From NCBI GenBank assembly GCA_030390025.1, contig CM059432.1:110362001-110426000 (forward strand): 64,000 bases of DNA. Direction: 5' to 3'. The DNA is from Squalus acanthias. Taxonomy: Eukaryota. The number at the start of each line of letters is the position of its first letter. Position 1 is the stretch's first letter. The translations under genes were made by a program, and so were the position numbers. Shown here one piece after another: positions 24,883-38,000 of this stretch. The notes beneath the pieces were generated by a model. It had not been told where the DNA came from. It saw only the letters and a list, made by a program, of their open reading frames with translations, and did no database searches.

Positions 24883-25299
24883 AAGATGTTCCTGATGTTT
24901 GCCTGTGTGCAGACATTCTGTACTAATCTTTGATTCTCCGAGCCCCTGCCCACTCCCTTCAGTGCACTTTCTGTAAACCTCCTTCAGCTCTGAACTACAT
25001 AGACTATGGGCTGGATTTTGTCTTGGGGTCGGGTTGGGGTCGTGTAATCCGCATTTCGTGTTTCCCCCCCGACTCCAGATTAATGTGGATGCCTGATGCA
25101 ATTTTCACGTAATTGGGCAATTGAGTTGGAGCATGTGGGAACCCATGAACTAATTAGTGTTTTCAGTCTGAAAGTAGCCTCTGATGATGTCATCATTGCT
25201 GACTGCCTAGTCTCAGAGACTGTTGGTGAGAGGACCTGCCTGGCTTTTGATGGAGTGGACCTGGATGCGAGTGAGTATGCGAGTGTGTGAGCGAGTATG

Positions 25300-25334
25300 C
25301 GAGCGAGTGAGAGACAGAGAGACAGAGAGACAGA

Positions 25335-25384
<50 letters not shown>

Positions 25385-25392
25385 GAGAGAGT

Positions 25393-25443
<51 letters not shown>

Positions 25444-25566
25444 TGAGAGAGAGAGAGAGAGTGAGAGAGAGTGAGAGAGAGTGAGAGAGAGTGAGAGAGA
25501 GTGAGAGAGAGTGAGAGAGAGTGAGAGAGAGTGAGAGAGAGTGAGAGAGAGTGAGAGATTGAGAGA
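25300..25566. repeat. (GA)n / (GAGAGAGAGT)n microsatellite abutting the gap
   Basis: Directly visible. Confidence 0.95.
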
Positions 25567-25572
25567 TTGTGT

Positions 25573-25772
25573 NNNNNNNNNNNNNNNNNNNNNNNNNNNN
25601 NNNNNNNNNNNNNNNNNNNNNNNNNNNNNNNNNNNNNNNNNNNNNNNNNNNNNNNNNNNNNNNNNNNNNNNNNNNNNNNNNNNNNNNNNNNNNNNNNNNN
25701 NNNNNNNNNNNNNNNNNNNNNNNNNNNNNNNNNNNNNNNNNNNNNNNNNNNNNNNNNNNNNNNNNNNNNNNN
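25573..25772. other. Assembly gap (200 N)
   Basis: Run of N. Confidence 0.99.
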
Positions 25773-26005
25773 GTCTTCAGTTCAACTTTGTAAATATCTG
25801 AATTGTAGGGGGTTTAAAGCCAAAATCTGAAAGCCCCCAAAATGCTAATATGCCATCTGTAGCCCTATAGCTTTATATGATGTTTTTGCACAGAGGGGAA
25901 AAAAAATGCAAACGCAAAATACTGCAGATGCTGGAAATCTGAAATAAAAACAGAAAATGCTGGAAATACTCAGCAGGTCAGGCAGCATCTGTGGAGAGAG
26001 AAACA

Positions 26006-26045
26006 GAGTTAATGTTTCAGGTCGATGACCCTTCGTCAGAACTGG
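26006..26045 (-). ncRNA. Minimal hammerhead ribozyme motif in the Penelope terminus
   Basis: Minus strand AGUU-CUGACGA-A-GGGUC-AUC-GACCU-GAAA-CAUU-AACU. Confidence 0.75.
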
Positions 26046-26772
26046 AAAAAGCTGGAGATGGAACAGATTTTAAGCAAGTGGTGGGGCAGGAAAGAACAAA
26101 AGGGAAGGTCTGTGATAGGATGGAAGGCAGGAGAGATTAAGAGACATTGAGAGATTAAGAGCTGGTGCAAGGCAAAAGGAGATGGTAATGGGACAAGTTA
26201 AGAAACAAAAGATGGCTCTAGATGAAGTGTAAATGGCACTGGCAGAATGAAAGACAGCTGCCATGTGGGAGAGAGAAAAAAAAAGTAAAATAAAATAAAC
26301 TGAAAAAAAATGATTGGGGCAGAGGTTATGATCTGAAATTGTTGAACTCGATGTTGAGTCCAGAAGGCTGTAAAGAGCCTAATTGAAAGATGAGGTGCTG
26401 TTCCTCGAGCTTACGTTGAGCTTCAAACTTCAAACAAACTGCCACAGGACAGAGAGTGAGGAGACTCAGAACAAACTGCCACAGGACAGAGAGTGAGGCG
26501 GACCTGGGTGGAGCAACAGCGGCGAGGCGGCGGCGGTAAAAGGCGGCAGCGACCAGGTAGGCTTTCACCAAGCCGAGAGCAGGAGAGAGGTAAAAAATAA
26601 TCGAAGTGTGACATCACCAGAAAGCAGGTAAGTGATTGGTTGGTGAGTATTTCTCTTTTTTTTTTATACAAAACTTCAATTTTATTGTTTCTCGGGTATC
26701 TGTGGTGTAGCAGAGACTGCTGGCATAAATTAACTGAACAGTAAATAATACATTTTTAATTAATTACATAGA

Positions 26773-27729
26773 ATGGGAGAGCAGGTGATGTGTTACTGCT
26801 GCAATATGTGGGAGCTGGTGGACACCATTGATGTTCACGGTGAACACATTTGCAGTAAGTGTTGGCTGCTCGAGGAACTCCGGCTCCGTGTTGATGAGCT
26901 GGAGTCCGAGCTTCAAACACTGCGACACATCAGGGAGGGGGAGAGTTACCTGGACTCCGTGTTTCAGGAGGTAGTCACACCAATTAGAGTAACTAATTCA
27001 GAAGTAGCCCGTGGTCAGGGACAGGAAGGTGTGACTACGAGTGAGGCAGGTACAGGGATCCAGGAGGTAGTGTTGGAGGAGCCGCAGCCCTTGCTCTTGT
27101 CCAACAGGTTCGAGGCTCTTACTCCCTGTGTGGATAGGAGCGGGGACTGCAGGGAGGATGAGCAACCTGGCCACAGCACCGTGGTAAGGGGGGCCATTCA
27201 AGTGGGGGGAGTAAAAAGAAATGTTGTAGTGGTAGGGGATAGTATCATTAGGGGGATAGATAGGGTTCTTTGCAGCCAAGAGCGAGAGTCCCGAAGGCTG
27301 TGTTGCCTGCCCGGTGCCAGGGTTAAGGACATCTCCTCTGGGCTGGAGAGAAACTTGGAGTGGGAGGGGGAGGATCCAGTTGTAGTGGTCCATGTTGGTA
27401 CCAATGACATAGATAGGACAAGGAAAGAGGTTCTGCTGAGGGAGTTTGAGCAGCTAGGGGCCAAATTAAAAAGCAGAACCTCGAGGGTAATAATCTCTGG
27501 ATTACTACCTGAGCCACGAGCAAATTTGGCTAGGGTAAATAAAATCAGGGAGTTGAATGAGTGGCTCAAAGACTGGTGTGGGAAAAAATGGGTTTTGCTT
27601 CTTGGGACACTGGCACCAGTACTGGGGCAGGAGAGAGCTGTTCCGTTGGGACGGACTTCACTTGGCCAGTGCTGGGACTAGTGTCCTGGCGAATCGAATA
27701 ACTAGGGCTGTGGAGAGGGCTTTAAACTA
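26773..27729 (+). CDS. CR1 ORF1: Cys-pair zinc finger, coiled coil and SGNH esterase; frameshifted at about 27585
   Basis: CYCC..CSKC, LRLRVDELESELQTL, VVVGDSII, CLPGARV, VHVGTND; the WDGLHL motif continues in another frame after the A-run. Confidence 0.9.
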
Positions 27730-27768
27730 ATTAGTGGGGGGGAGGTTTCAAGAGAGCAAAAAATAAAA

Positions 27769-30719
27769 ATGACAACAGAGAGGGTCATAGACATAGGTAG
27801 CAGTAGGGGAATCACAAATCAGAGCGTGGCAGGAAGGGACAGAGTGTGTGGAGTAAAAGGTAAACTGGTAAAAAGTGAAAAAGCAGGAACTAAGTGCCAC
27901 AAAGCATATTTGAAAGTTCTCTATCTGAATGCACGTAGCATTCGTAACAAAATAGACGAGTTAATGGCACAAATAACTACATATGGTTATGATATTGTGG
28001 CCATTACAGAAACATGGCTGCAGGGTGACAATGCCTGGGAATTAAACATACCAGGTTATTTAACGATCAGGAAGGACAGGCAGGAAGGAAGGGGAGGTGG
28101 GGTGGCTATGTTAATAAAAGAAGGAATCACTGTAATACAGAGTAATGATATTGGGTCAAAAATCATGATAATGAAACAGTTTGGGTGGAGATAAGGAATA
28201 ATAAGGGGAAAAAAACATTAGTGGGCGTAGTCTATAGGCCTCCGAACAGTTGCAACTCTATTGGACGGAGTATCAATCAGGAAATAGTTGAGGCATGTAA
28301 TAAGGGAACATCTATAATTATGGGGGATTTTAACTATCATATTAATTGGACAAATCAAATGGGGCAGGGCTGCCTTGAGGATGAGTTCATTGAGTGTATT
28401 AGGGATGGGTTTCTTGAGCAGTATGTAACTGAACCGACCAGGGGGCAAGCAACCTTAGATCTGGTCCTGTGTAACGAGACAGGATTAATTAAAAATGTCC
28501 TAGTAAAGGATCCCTTTGGAATGAGTGACCATAACATGGTTGAATTCCATATTCAATTAGAGGGTGAGAAGGTTGGATCTTAAACAAGCGTGCTAAGCTT
28601 GAATAAAGGAGACTATGAAGGTATGCGAGCGGAATTGAGTAGAGTGGATTGGGAAAATAGATTAAAGGGTAAGACGACACATGATCAGTGGTGTACATTC
28701 AAGGAGTTATTTTACAACTTCCAAAAAAAATATATTCCACTGAAAAGAAAAGGGTGTAAAAGAAAGGACAGTCATCCGTGGCTAAGTAAAGAAATTAAGG
28801 ATAGTATTCGACTAAAAACAAGGGCATATAAGGTAGCGAAATCTAGTGAGAGGACAGAGGATTGGGAAAACTTTAAAAGGCAGCAAAAAATAACAAAAAG
28901 ATTGATTAAGAAAGGGAAGATAGATTATGAAAGTAAATTAGCAAAAAATATAAAAACAGATAGTAAGAGTTTTTATAGTTATATAAAAAGAAAAAGGGTG
29001 GCTAAAGTAAATGTTGGTCCCTTAGAGGATGAGACCGGGAAATTAATGGTGGGAAATATGGAGATGGCAAAAACACTGAATGAATATTTTGTATCAGTCT
29101 TTACAGTAGAGGACACTAAGAATATCCCAACACTGGACAAACAGGGGGCTATAGGGGGAGAGGAGCTAAACACGATCAAAATCACTAAGGAAGTGGTACT
29201 CGGTAAAATAATGGGACTCAAGGCGGATAAATCACCTGGACCTGATGGCTTACATCCTAGAGTCTTGAAGGAAGTGGCGGTAGGGATTGTAGATGCATTG
29301 GTAATAATTTTTCAAAACTCCCTGGATTCCGCTAAGGTCCCGGCAGACTGGAAAACTGCTAATGTAACACCCTTATTTAAAAAGGGCAGTAGACAGAAGG
29401 CTGGTAACTATAGACCGGTTAGCCTAACATCTGTGGTAGGTAAAATTTTGGAGTCCATTATTAAGGAAACAGTAACAAGACATTTGGATAATCATAATTT
29501 AATAGGACAAAGTCAGCATGGTTTTACGAAGGGGAAGTCATGTTTGACAAATTTGCTGGAGTTCTTTGAGGAAGTAACATATAGAGTGGATAAAGGGGAA
29601 CCAGTGGACGTAGTGTATTTAGACTTCCAAAAGGCATTTGACAAGGTGCCACACAAAAGATTATTGCTTAAGGTAAAAAATCACGGGATTGGGGGTAATA
29701 TTCTGGCATGGATAGAGGATTGGCTATCTAACAGAAAGCAAAGAGTTGGGATAAATGGTTCATTCTCAGACTGGCAATCAGTAACTAGTGGTGTTCCACA
29801 GGGGTCAGTGCTGGGTCCCCAACTCTTCACAATCTATATTAACGATTTGGAGGAAGGGACCAAGTGTAACATATCAAAATTTGCAGATGATACAAAGATG
29901 GGAGGGAAAGTAGTGAGTGAGGAGGACATAAAAAACCTGCAAGGGGACATAGACAGGCTAAGTAAGTGGGCAGAGATTTGGCAGATGGAATACAGCACTG
30001 GAAAGTGTGAGGTGATGCACTTTGGCAGGAAAAATCCTAGAGCAATTTATTATCTTAATGGCAAGAAACTGGAGAGTACTGAAGTGCAAAGGGATCTGGG
30101 GGTCCTGGTGCACGAAACTCAAAAGGTTAGTATGCAGGTGCAGCAAGTGATTAAGAAGGCAAATGGAATGTTGGCTTTCATTGCTAGGGGGATAGAATAT
30201 AAAAATAGGGAGGTATTGCTTCAGTTGTACAAGGTATTGGTGAGACCGCACCTGGAATACTGCATACAGTTTTGGTGTCCTTACTTAAGGAAAGACATCC
30301 TTGCTCTCGAGGCAGTGCAAAAAAGGTTCACTCGGTTAATCCCGGAGATGAGGGGGTGGTCATATGAGGAGAGGTTGGGTAGATTGGGACTCTACTCATT
30401 GGAGTTCAGAAGAATGAGAGGCGATCTTATTGAAACATATAAGATTGTGAAGGGGTTGGATCGGGTGGATGCGGGGAGGATGTTCCCGATGACGGGTGAG
30501 ACGAGAACTAGGGGACATAGTCTTAGAATAAGGGGCTGCTCTTTCAAAACTGAGATGAGGAGGAACTACTTCACTCAGAGGGTGGTAGGTCCATGGAATA
30601 TGCTGCCACAAAAAGCTGTAGAAGCTACAACATTAATTAAATTTAAAACAGAAATAGACAGTTTCCTAGAAGTAAAGGGCATTAAGGGTTACGGGGAGCG
30701 GGCAGGAATTTGGACATGA
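27769..30719 (+). CDS. CR1 ORF2 (APE + RT); one frameshift at about 28160 and one stop at 28581
   Basis: ORFs 27769-28194, 28185-28583 and 28590-30719 (709 aa) join into a complete APE-RT protein. Confidence 0.9.
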
Positions 30720-32355
30720 GTCTAGGTTCGGATCGGTCATGGCCCTGTGGGTAGTGGAGCGGGCCCAGGGACTGTGTAGCCTGATTCTGCTCCTATTTCG
30801 TGTGTGCAATTCTGTTAGATGCAGGAGATGTTTCTGTGATAGATAGTAGATTGGCGGTTAGGATCAGATCAGCCATGATCTTATTGAATGGCGGAGCAGG
30901 CTCGATGGGCCGATTGGCCTACTCCTGCTCCTATTTCTTATGTTCTTATGTTCATTAGAACAGTGCAAGAGGCCAAGGACGGTGAGGTCTGAGTGGGAGT
31001 GGAGCAGAGAATTAAAGTGACAGGCGACCGGAAGCTCGGGGTCCCCCTTACGGACTGACCAATCTGCGTTTGGTCTCCCCAATGTAGAGGAGACAGCATC
31101 GTGAGCAGCGAATACAGTATACTAAATTGCAAGAAGTACAAGTAAATCGCTGTTTCACCTGGAAGGAGTGTTTGGGGCCCCGGACAGTGGGAAGGGTGGA
31201 GATAAAAGGGCATGTGTTGCATCTCCTGCGCTTGCACAGGAAGGTGCCAGGCAAAGGGGAAGGGGTGTTGGGTTGATAGAGGAGTGGAGGGAGCGGTCCC
31301 TTCGGAATGCTGAAAAGGGAGGTGAGGGGAAGATGTGTTTGGTGGTGGGATCACGCTGGAGGTGGTAGAAATGGCGGAGGATGATCCGTTGAATGTGGAG
31401 GCTGGTGGAGTGAAAGGTGAGGACAAGGGGAACCCTATTGTGGTTCCCGGAGAGAGGGGAAGGGGTGAGAGCAGAAGTGCAGGAAATAGAACGGACATAG
31501 TCAAGGGCCAAGTCAACCACAGTAGAGGGGAATCCTCAGTTGAGGAAAAAGGAAGGCATGTCGGAAGCACTAGTACGGAAGGTGGCATCGTCAGAGCAGA
31601 TGCGGCGGAGATGGAGAAACTGGGAGAATGGAATAGAGTCCTTACAGGAAGCGGGGTGGGAGGAAGTGTAGGTAGCTGTGGGAGTCAGTGGGCTTGTAGT
31701 GAATGTTTGTCAATAGCGTATCCCCAGAGATGGAGACAGAGAAGTCAAGGAAGGGAAGGGAAGAATCAGAGATAGACCATGTGAAGGTGAGGGAAAGGTG
31801 GAAATTGGAAGCAAAGTGAATGAAATTTTCTAGTTCAGGGCGAGAGCAGGAAACAGCACCGATACAGTCATCAATGTACCGGAAAAAGAGGTGAGGGAGC
31901 GGACCCGAGTAGGACTGGAATAAAGAATGTTCCACATATCCCACGAAAAGGCAGGCACAGCTGGGACCCATGCGGGTTCCCATAGCAACACCTTTGATTT
32001 GGAGGAAGTGAGTGGAGTCAAAGGAGAAGTTGTTCAATGTGAGAATAAGTTCAGCCAGGTGGAGGAGGGTGGTGGTGGATGGGGACTGGTTGGGCCTCTG
32101 TTCAAGGAAGAAGCGGAGTGCCCTCAGGCCATCGTGGTGGGGGATGGAGGTGTAGAGGGATTAGACGTCCAGTGAAAAGGAGACGGTTGGGGCCAGGAAA
32201 CTGGAAACTGTTAAAGTGGCGGAGGGTGTCGGAAGAGTCGCGGATGTAGGTGGGAAGAGACTGGACAAGAGGAGAAAAAATAGAGTCGAGATAGGAAGAG
32301 ATAAGTTCTGTGGGGCAAGAACAGGCTGAAATGATGGGTCTACCAGGGCAGTCCT

Positions 32356-34020
32356 ATACATAGAACAGTACAGCACAGTACAGGCCTTTTGGCCCTCGAT
32401 GTTGTGCCGAGCATTGTCCGAGACCAAGATCAAGCTATCACACTCCCTATCACTCTGGTGTGCTCCATGTGCTTATCCAATAACCGCTTGAAAGTTCCTA
32501 AAGTGTCCGACTCCACTATCACAGCAGGCAGTCCATTCCACACCCCAACCACTCTCTGAGTAAAGAATCTACCTCGGACATCCCTTCTATATCTCCCCCC
32601 ATGCACCTTATAGTTATGCCCCCTTGTAACAGCTGCCTCTACCCGAGGAAATAGTCTCTGAACATCCACTCTATCTATCCCCCTCATCATCTTATAAACC
32701 TCTATTAAGTCGCCTCTCATCCTCCTCCGCTCTAAAGAGAAAAGCCCCAACTCCCTCAATCTTTCCTCATAAGACCTCCCCCCCAAACCAGGCAGCATCC
32801 TGGTAAATCTCCTTTGCACTCTTTCCAATGCTTCCATGTCCTTCCTATAGTGAGGTGACCAGAACTGCACACAATATTCCAAATGTGGTCTCACCAAGGT
32901 CCTGTACAGTTGCAGCATAACCTCACGGTTCTTAAACTCAAACCCTCTGTTAATAAACGCCAACACACCATAGGCCTTCTTTACTGCTCTATCCACTTGA
33001 GTGGCAACCTTCAGAGATCTGTGGATATGAACCCCCAGATCCCTCTGCTCCTCCACGTTCCTCAGAACCCTGCCGTTGACCCTGTAATCCTTATTCAAAT
33101 TTGCCCTACCAAAATGAATCACCTCGCACTTATCAGGGTTAAATTCCATCTGCCATTTTTCGGCCCAGCTCTGCATCCTATCAATGTCTCTTTGCAGCCT
33201 ACAACTGCCCTCCACCTCATCCACTACTCCACCAATCTTGGTGTCATCAGCAAATTTACTGATCCACCCTTCAGTCCCCTCCTCCAAGTCATTGATAAAA
33301 ATCACAAACAGCAGAGGACCCAGCACCGACCCCTGTGGCACACCGCTGGTAACTGGTCTCCAGTCCGAAAATGTTCCATCCACCACCACCCTCTGCCTTC
33401 TATGAGATAGCCAGTTACTTATCCAATCGGCCAAATTTCCCTCTATCCCACAACTCCTTACTTTCTTCATGAGCCGACCATGGGGAACCTTATCAAACGC
33501 CTTACTAAAATCCATGTATACCACATCAACTGCTCTACCTTCATCTACACACTTAGTTACCTCCTCAAAGAATTCAATCAAATTTGTTAGGCAAGACTTA
33601 CCCTTCACGAATCCGTGTTGACTATCCCTGATTAAGTTGCCCCTTTCCAAATGGTCATAAATCCTATCCCTCAGGACCTTTTCCATTATCTTACCAACCA
33701 CCGAAGTAAGACTAACCGGCCTATAATTACCAGGGTCATTCCTATTTCCTTTCTTGAAGAGAGGAACAACATTCGCCACTCTCCAGTCCTCTGGCACCAT
33801 CCCCGTGGACAGTGAGGACCCAAAGATCAAAGCCAGAGGCTCTGCAATCTCCTCCCTTGCCTCCCAAAGAATCCTAGGATATATCCCATCTGGCCCAGGG
33901 GACTTATCGACCCTCAGGTTCTTCAAAATTGCTAAAACATCTTCCCTCAGAACATCTACCACCTCCAGCCTATCCACCTTTATCACACTCTCATCCTCAA
34001 GAACATGGCCCCTCTCCTCG
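32356..34020 (-). mobile_element. Young 5'-truncated CR1 with an uninterrupted 518-aa RT ORF
   Basis: ORF 32430-33986; TSD GTCCT (32351-32355, 34021-34025); near-identical to about 45580-47250. Confidence 0.95.
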
Positions 34021-35042
34021 GTCCTGTTGGTGGATCTTGGAAAGGAGGTAGAAACGGGCTGTGCGGGGTTGGGGAACTATGAGGTTGGCGGCCGTGGAGG
34101 GAAGATCTCCAGAGGAGATGAGGTCAGTGACGGTCTGGGAAACGGTGGCTTGATGTTCGGTAGTGGGGTCATGGTCCAGGCGGAGGTAGGAGGTGGTGTC
34201 GGAGAGTTGGCGTTCAGCCTCCGCACGGTAGAATTCTGTTCGCCAAACAATAACCCTTGTCAGCAGGTTTAATGACAATGTTGGGGTTGGATCTGAGAGA
34301 ATGGAGTGCTGTAAGTTCAGAGGGAGGTAGGTTGGAGTGAGTGAAGGGAGCAGAGAAATTGAGACGGCCGATGTCACGCCGGCAGTTTGCAATGAAAAAA
34401 TCTAGAGAGTTTAAGAGGCCAGAGGGAGGGGTCCAGGTAGAACGAGAATTCTGAAACGGAAGAAAGGGTCAGCTGTGTGCAGGGGGGGGGGGGGGGGGGG
34501 GGGGGGGGGGAAGACTCCTGGCCAAAGAAGTGGGCACAGAGACGAAGGCAACGGAAAAAAAGAGCTCAGCGTTGTGCCGAGCTCGAAATTCATTTACATG
34601 GGGGCGTAAGGGAATGAAGCAATGTAAATACAAACTGATTTCCACAAAAGCAGCCAAGAGAATCTGCTGCCACCATCAGAGGATATGGAAACTAGCCAGC
34701 AACAGAAGCAATCAATAAAATACACTGAAGATATGAAACAAGGTCATTGCTACTGTAGACATTTTTTCTATAATATTTTATGGAATTTCAGATAAGGGTG
34801 ACCAGACAGCCAGGTTCCGACTACTCTCTCTCTCTCTCTGTGTGTCTGACAACCTGAGGATGGCCCACTTCAATAATAGATTGCAGTCCCCCATAAGTTG
34901 GGAGTGGTGTTAACATTGATGATACTCGATAAGGCACCTTTTTGCCACCACATTGGTTGTCAAGTTGTTTGGTCAACTTCACCTGCTCAGATAAAGATGA
35001 ATAAAGATTATTGACCAGCCACGTTCCTTAGGTCCCATTTTA

Positions 35043-38000
35043 GAACTTAAGAAATAGGAGCAGGAGTAGGCCATTCTGCCCCTGTCAATATCATGGCTGA
35101 TCTTCTACCTCAATTCCACTTTCCTGCACTATCCCCATATCCCTTGATTCCCTTAATATCCAAAAATCTATCGACCTCTGTCTTGAATATACTCAACGAC
35201 TGAGCCTCTACAGCCCTCTGGGGTAGAGAATTCCAAAGATTCACCACCCTCTGAGTGAAGAAATTTCTCCTCATCTCAGTCCTAAATGGCCGACCCCTTA
35301 TTCTGAGACTGTGACCCCTGGTTCTAGACTCCCCAGCCAGGGGAAACATCCTCCCTGCATCTACCCTGTCAAGACCTGTAAGAATTTTATACATTTCAAT
35401 GAGATCACCTCTCATTCTTCTAAACTCTAGAGAGTATAGGCCTAGTCTACTCAATCTCTCCTCATAGGACAATCCCCTCATCCCAGGAACCAGTCTGGTG
35501 ATCCTTCGTTGCACTCCCTCTAAGGCAAGTAAATCCTTCCTTAGGTAAGGAGACCAAAACACAATACTCCAGGTGTGGTCTCGCCAGGACCCTATATAAT
35601 TGCAGTAAGACGTTTTTACTCTTATATTCAAATCCTCTTGTAATAAAGGTTAACATAACATTTGCTTTCCTAATTGCTTGCTGTACCTGCATGTTAACTT
35701 ACAGTGATTCGTGTACAAGGACACCCAGGTCCCTCTGAACACCAACATTTCCCAATCTTTCACCATTTAAAAAGTATTCTGCTTTTCTATTTTTTCTACT
35801 GAAGTGCATAACTTCACAGCCCGGAATTTGCAGTGGGTAATAACAGCGAACGAACAGCATTCGGTGTTATTACCCCTTTGAAACTGACCGCAACTTCATT
35901 ATGTAACGCATGCGCATCCTAACGCAGAAATCCTGAAGCAGTGGTCTGTCATTCACTGCTCCAACACTGGCTGCGCTATGGCCACAGCCGGCCATCAGGG
36001 TAATCTGTGAAATCAGTGAAACTGACCAAAACTTCAGCTCTTCCGCAGTAATATCGCTGTTAAATACCCCATTAAAAGTTAGACCCTTTTGGATTAGGTG
36101 TAACTGGGGCTTTAACAGCATATTGGCTGCTAAACAATTATTATGGCCCTGAAAAACTCATTTTAATTTTGTGGAGTGTCAAATTTACCAATTTTAATAA
36201 AAATTACAATTTTTAAGGAACTTTAAAAATATTTTTTTTAAAGTTTGTTCATCTTTATTTCAGGTTTACCTTTTCCCCATGCGAGAGCCCCAATCTTTGT
36301 TTTGCTCTCATTTTTTTCCCCAAAGGAGCCTACTCACTTCCTGGTTCCCAGTCTGAGAGAATTCTACATTGTGACTGGCTGCTTAGACAGCTTGTTGACG
36401 TCACAGCAGCTTGCATTTGGGATTCCCCATTAACTTGCGCTGATTTCAACTGCATGTCGGAAAAGCCGAAGTTCTCGAGATCTTAGTGGGAAGCTTACTT
36501 CGGGGCCAACGTCGAACACCTTTACTTCGCCACTGACCACAAATTACGGGTCCACATTTCCCTCCTTTCTTGAATAGCGGGATTACATTTGCTACCTTCC
36601 AATCCACAGGGACTGTTCTAGAATCTAGGGAATTTTCTAGAAGATCAAAACCAATGCATCCACCATCTCTGTAGCCACCTCTTTTAAAACCTAGGATGTA
36701 GGCCATCAGGTCCTGGGGATTTGTCAGCTTTTAGTCCCATTAATTTCTCCAATACTATTTCTTTACTAAAACTAATTTGTTTAAGTTCCTCATTCTCACT
36801 GGACCCTTGGTTCCCCACTATTTCCAGAATGTTTTTTGTGTCCTCTACCGTGAAGACAGGTACAAAGTACTTATTTAATTTCTCTGCCATTTCCTTATTC
36901 CCCATTATAATTTCTCCTGTCTCTGCCTGTAAGGGACCTACGTTTACTTTCGCTAATCTCTTCCTTTTTGCATACCTATAGAAGCTTTTATAATCTGTTT
37001 TTACGTCTCTTGCTAGTTTACTCTCATATTCTCTTCCTTCATCAAATTCTTGGTCATCCTTTGCTTAATTCTAAAATCCTCCCAAGCCTCAGGCTTACTA
37101 TTCTTTTTGACAACATTATAAGCCTCTTCCTTTAATCTAATACTATCTTTAACTTCTCTTGTTAGCCACGGTTGGACTACTAATCCCATTGGGCTTTTAA
37201 TCCTTGGAGGAATGTATATTTGTTGTGAATTATGAATTAATTCTTTAAATGTTTGCTATTGTTTATCTACCGTCATATCTTTTAATCTTGTTTCCCAAAC
37301 TACCTTAGTCAACTCGCCCCTCATACCTATGTAGTTTGCTTTGTTCAGATTTAAAATCCTAGTTTCGGTTTAACTAAATCTCTCTCAAACTCAATGTAAA
37401 ATTCTATCACATTAAGCAAGAAAACTTTATTCTATTTTCTCTCTTTTTATCAATTTCTTGGTCCTCCTTTGCTGAGTTCCAAATTCCTCCCAATCCTCAG
37501 CCTTACTACTCTATTTGGCAACATTAGAAGTCTCTGCCTTTAATCTAATACTATCTTTAACTTCTCCTGTTAGCCACAGTTGGACCATTTTTCCCATGGG
37601 GTTTTTATTCCTTAAGGGAATGCATATTTGTTATGAATTATAAATATTTGCCATTGCTTCTCTGCCGTCATATCTTTTAATCTAGTTTCCCAACCTACCT
37701 TAGCCAACTCGCCCCTCATACCTACGTAGTTTGCTTTGTTCAGATTTAAGACCCTAGTTTTGGACTTAACCAAGTCACTTTCAAACTCAGTACAAAATTC
37801 TATCATATTATGAGCACTGCTCCCCAGAGGCTCTTTTACTACAAAGGTTATTAATTAACCTTTTCTCATTGCACAATACAAGATCTAAAATAGCCTGTTC
37901 CCGAGTTGGTTCCTTGACATACTGATCAAGAAAACTATCTTGAATGCATTCCTTGAACTTGTCCTCTGCACAGTTACTGCAAATTTGGTTTGCCCAGTGT

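Larger units (their letters stand above)
25008..25865. mobile_element. Possible Harbinger-type element spanning the GA microsatellite and the gap
   Basis: tat|gggctggatttt ... agccc|tat; only 5 bp of perfect TIR. Confidence 0.35.
26426..30950 (+). mobile_element. Full-length CR1 LINE (about 4.5 kb)
   Basis: 5' UTR, ORF1, ORF2 and a ttcttatg repeat tail; flanked by TTCA (26422-26425, 30951-30954) inside the Penelope element. Confidence 0.95.
25915..34620 (-). mobile_element. Long Penelope-like element in three pieces (25915-26425, 30951-32355, 34021-34620) split by two CR1 insertions
   Basis: PRTARFYLL..IH, GVAMGTRMGPSCACLFVG, FFRYIDDCIG, PFLDF, CKRRRCNTCP, NLVYCIRCSRC.LLYIGETKRRL, EAQRKLEEQHLIF; the pieces rejoin across TSDs. 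Confidence 0.9.

Noticed and set aside
25541..25830. ORFs across the N run
   Set aside because: Artefacts of the assembly gap.
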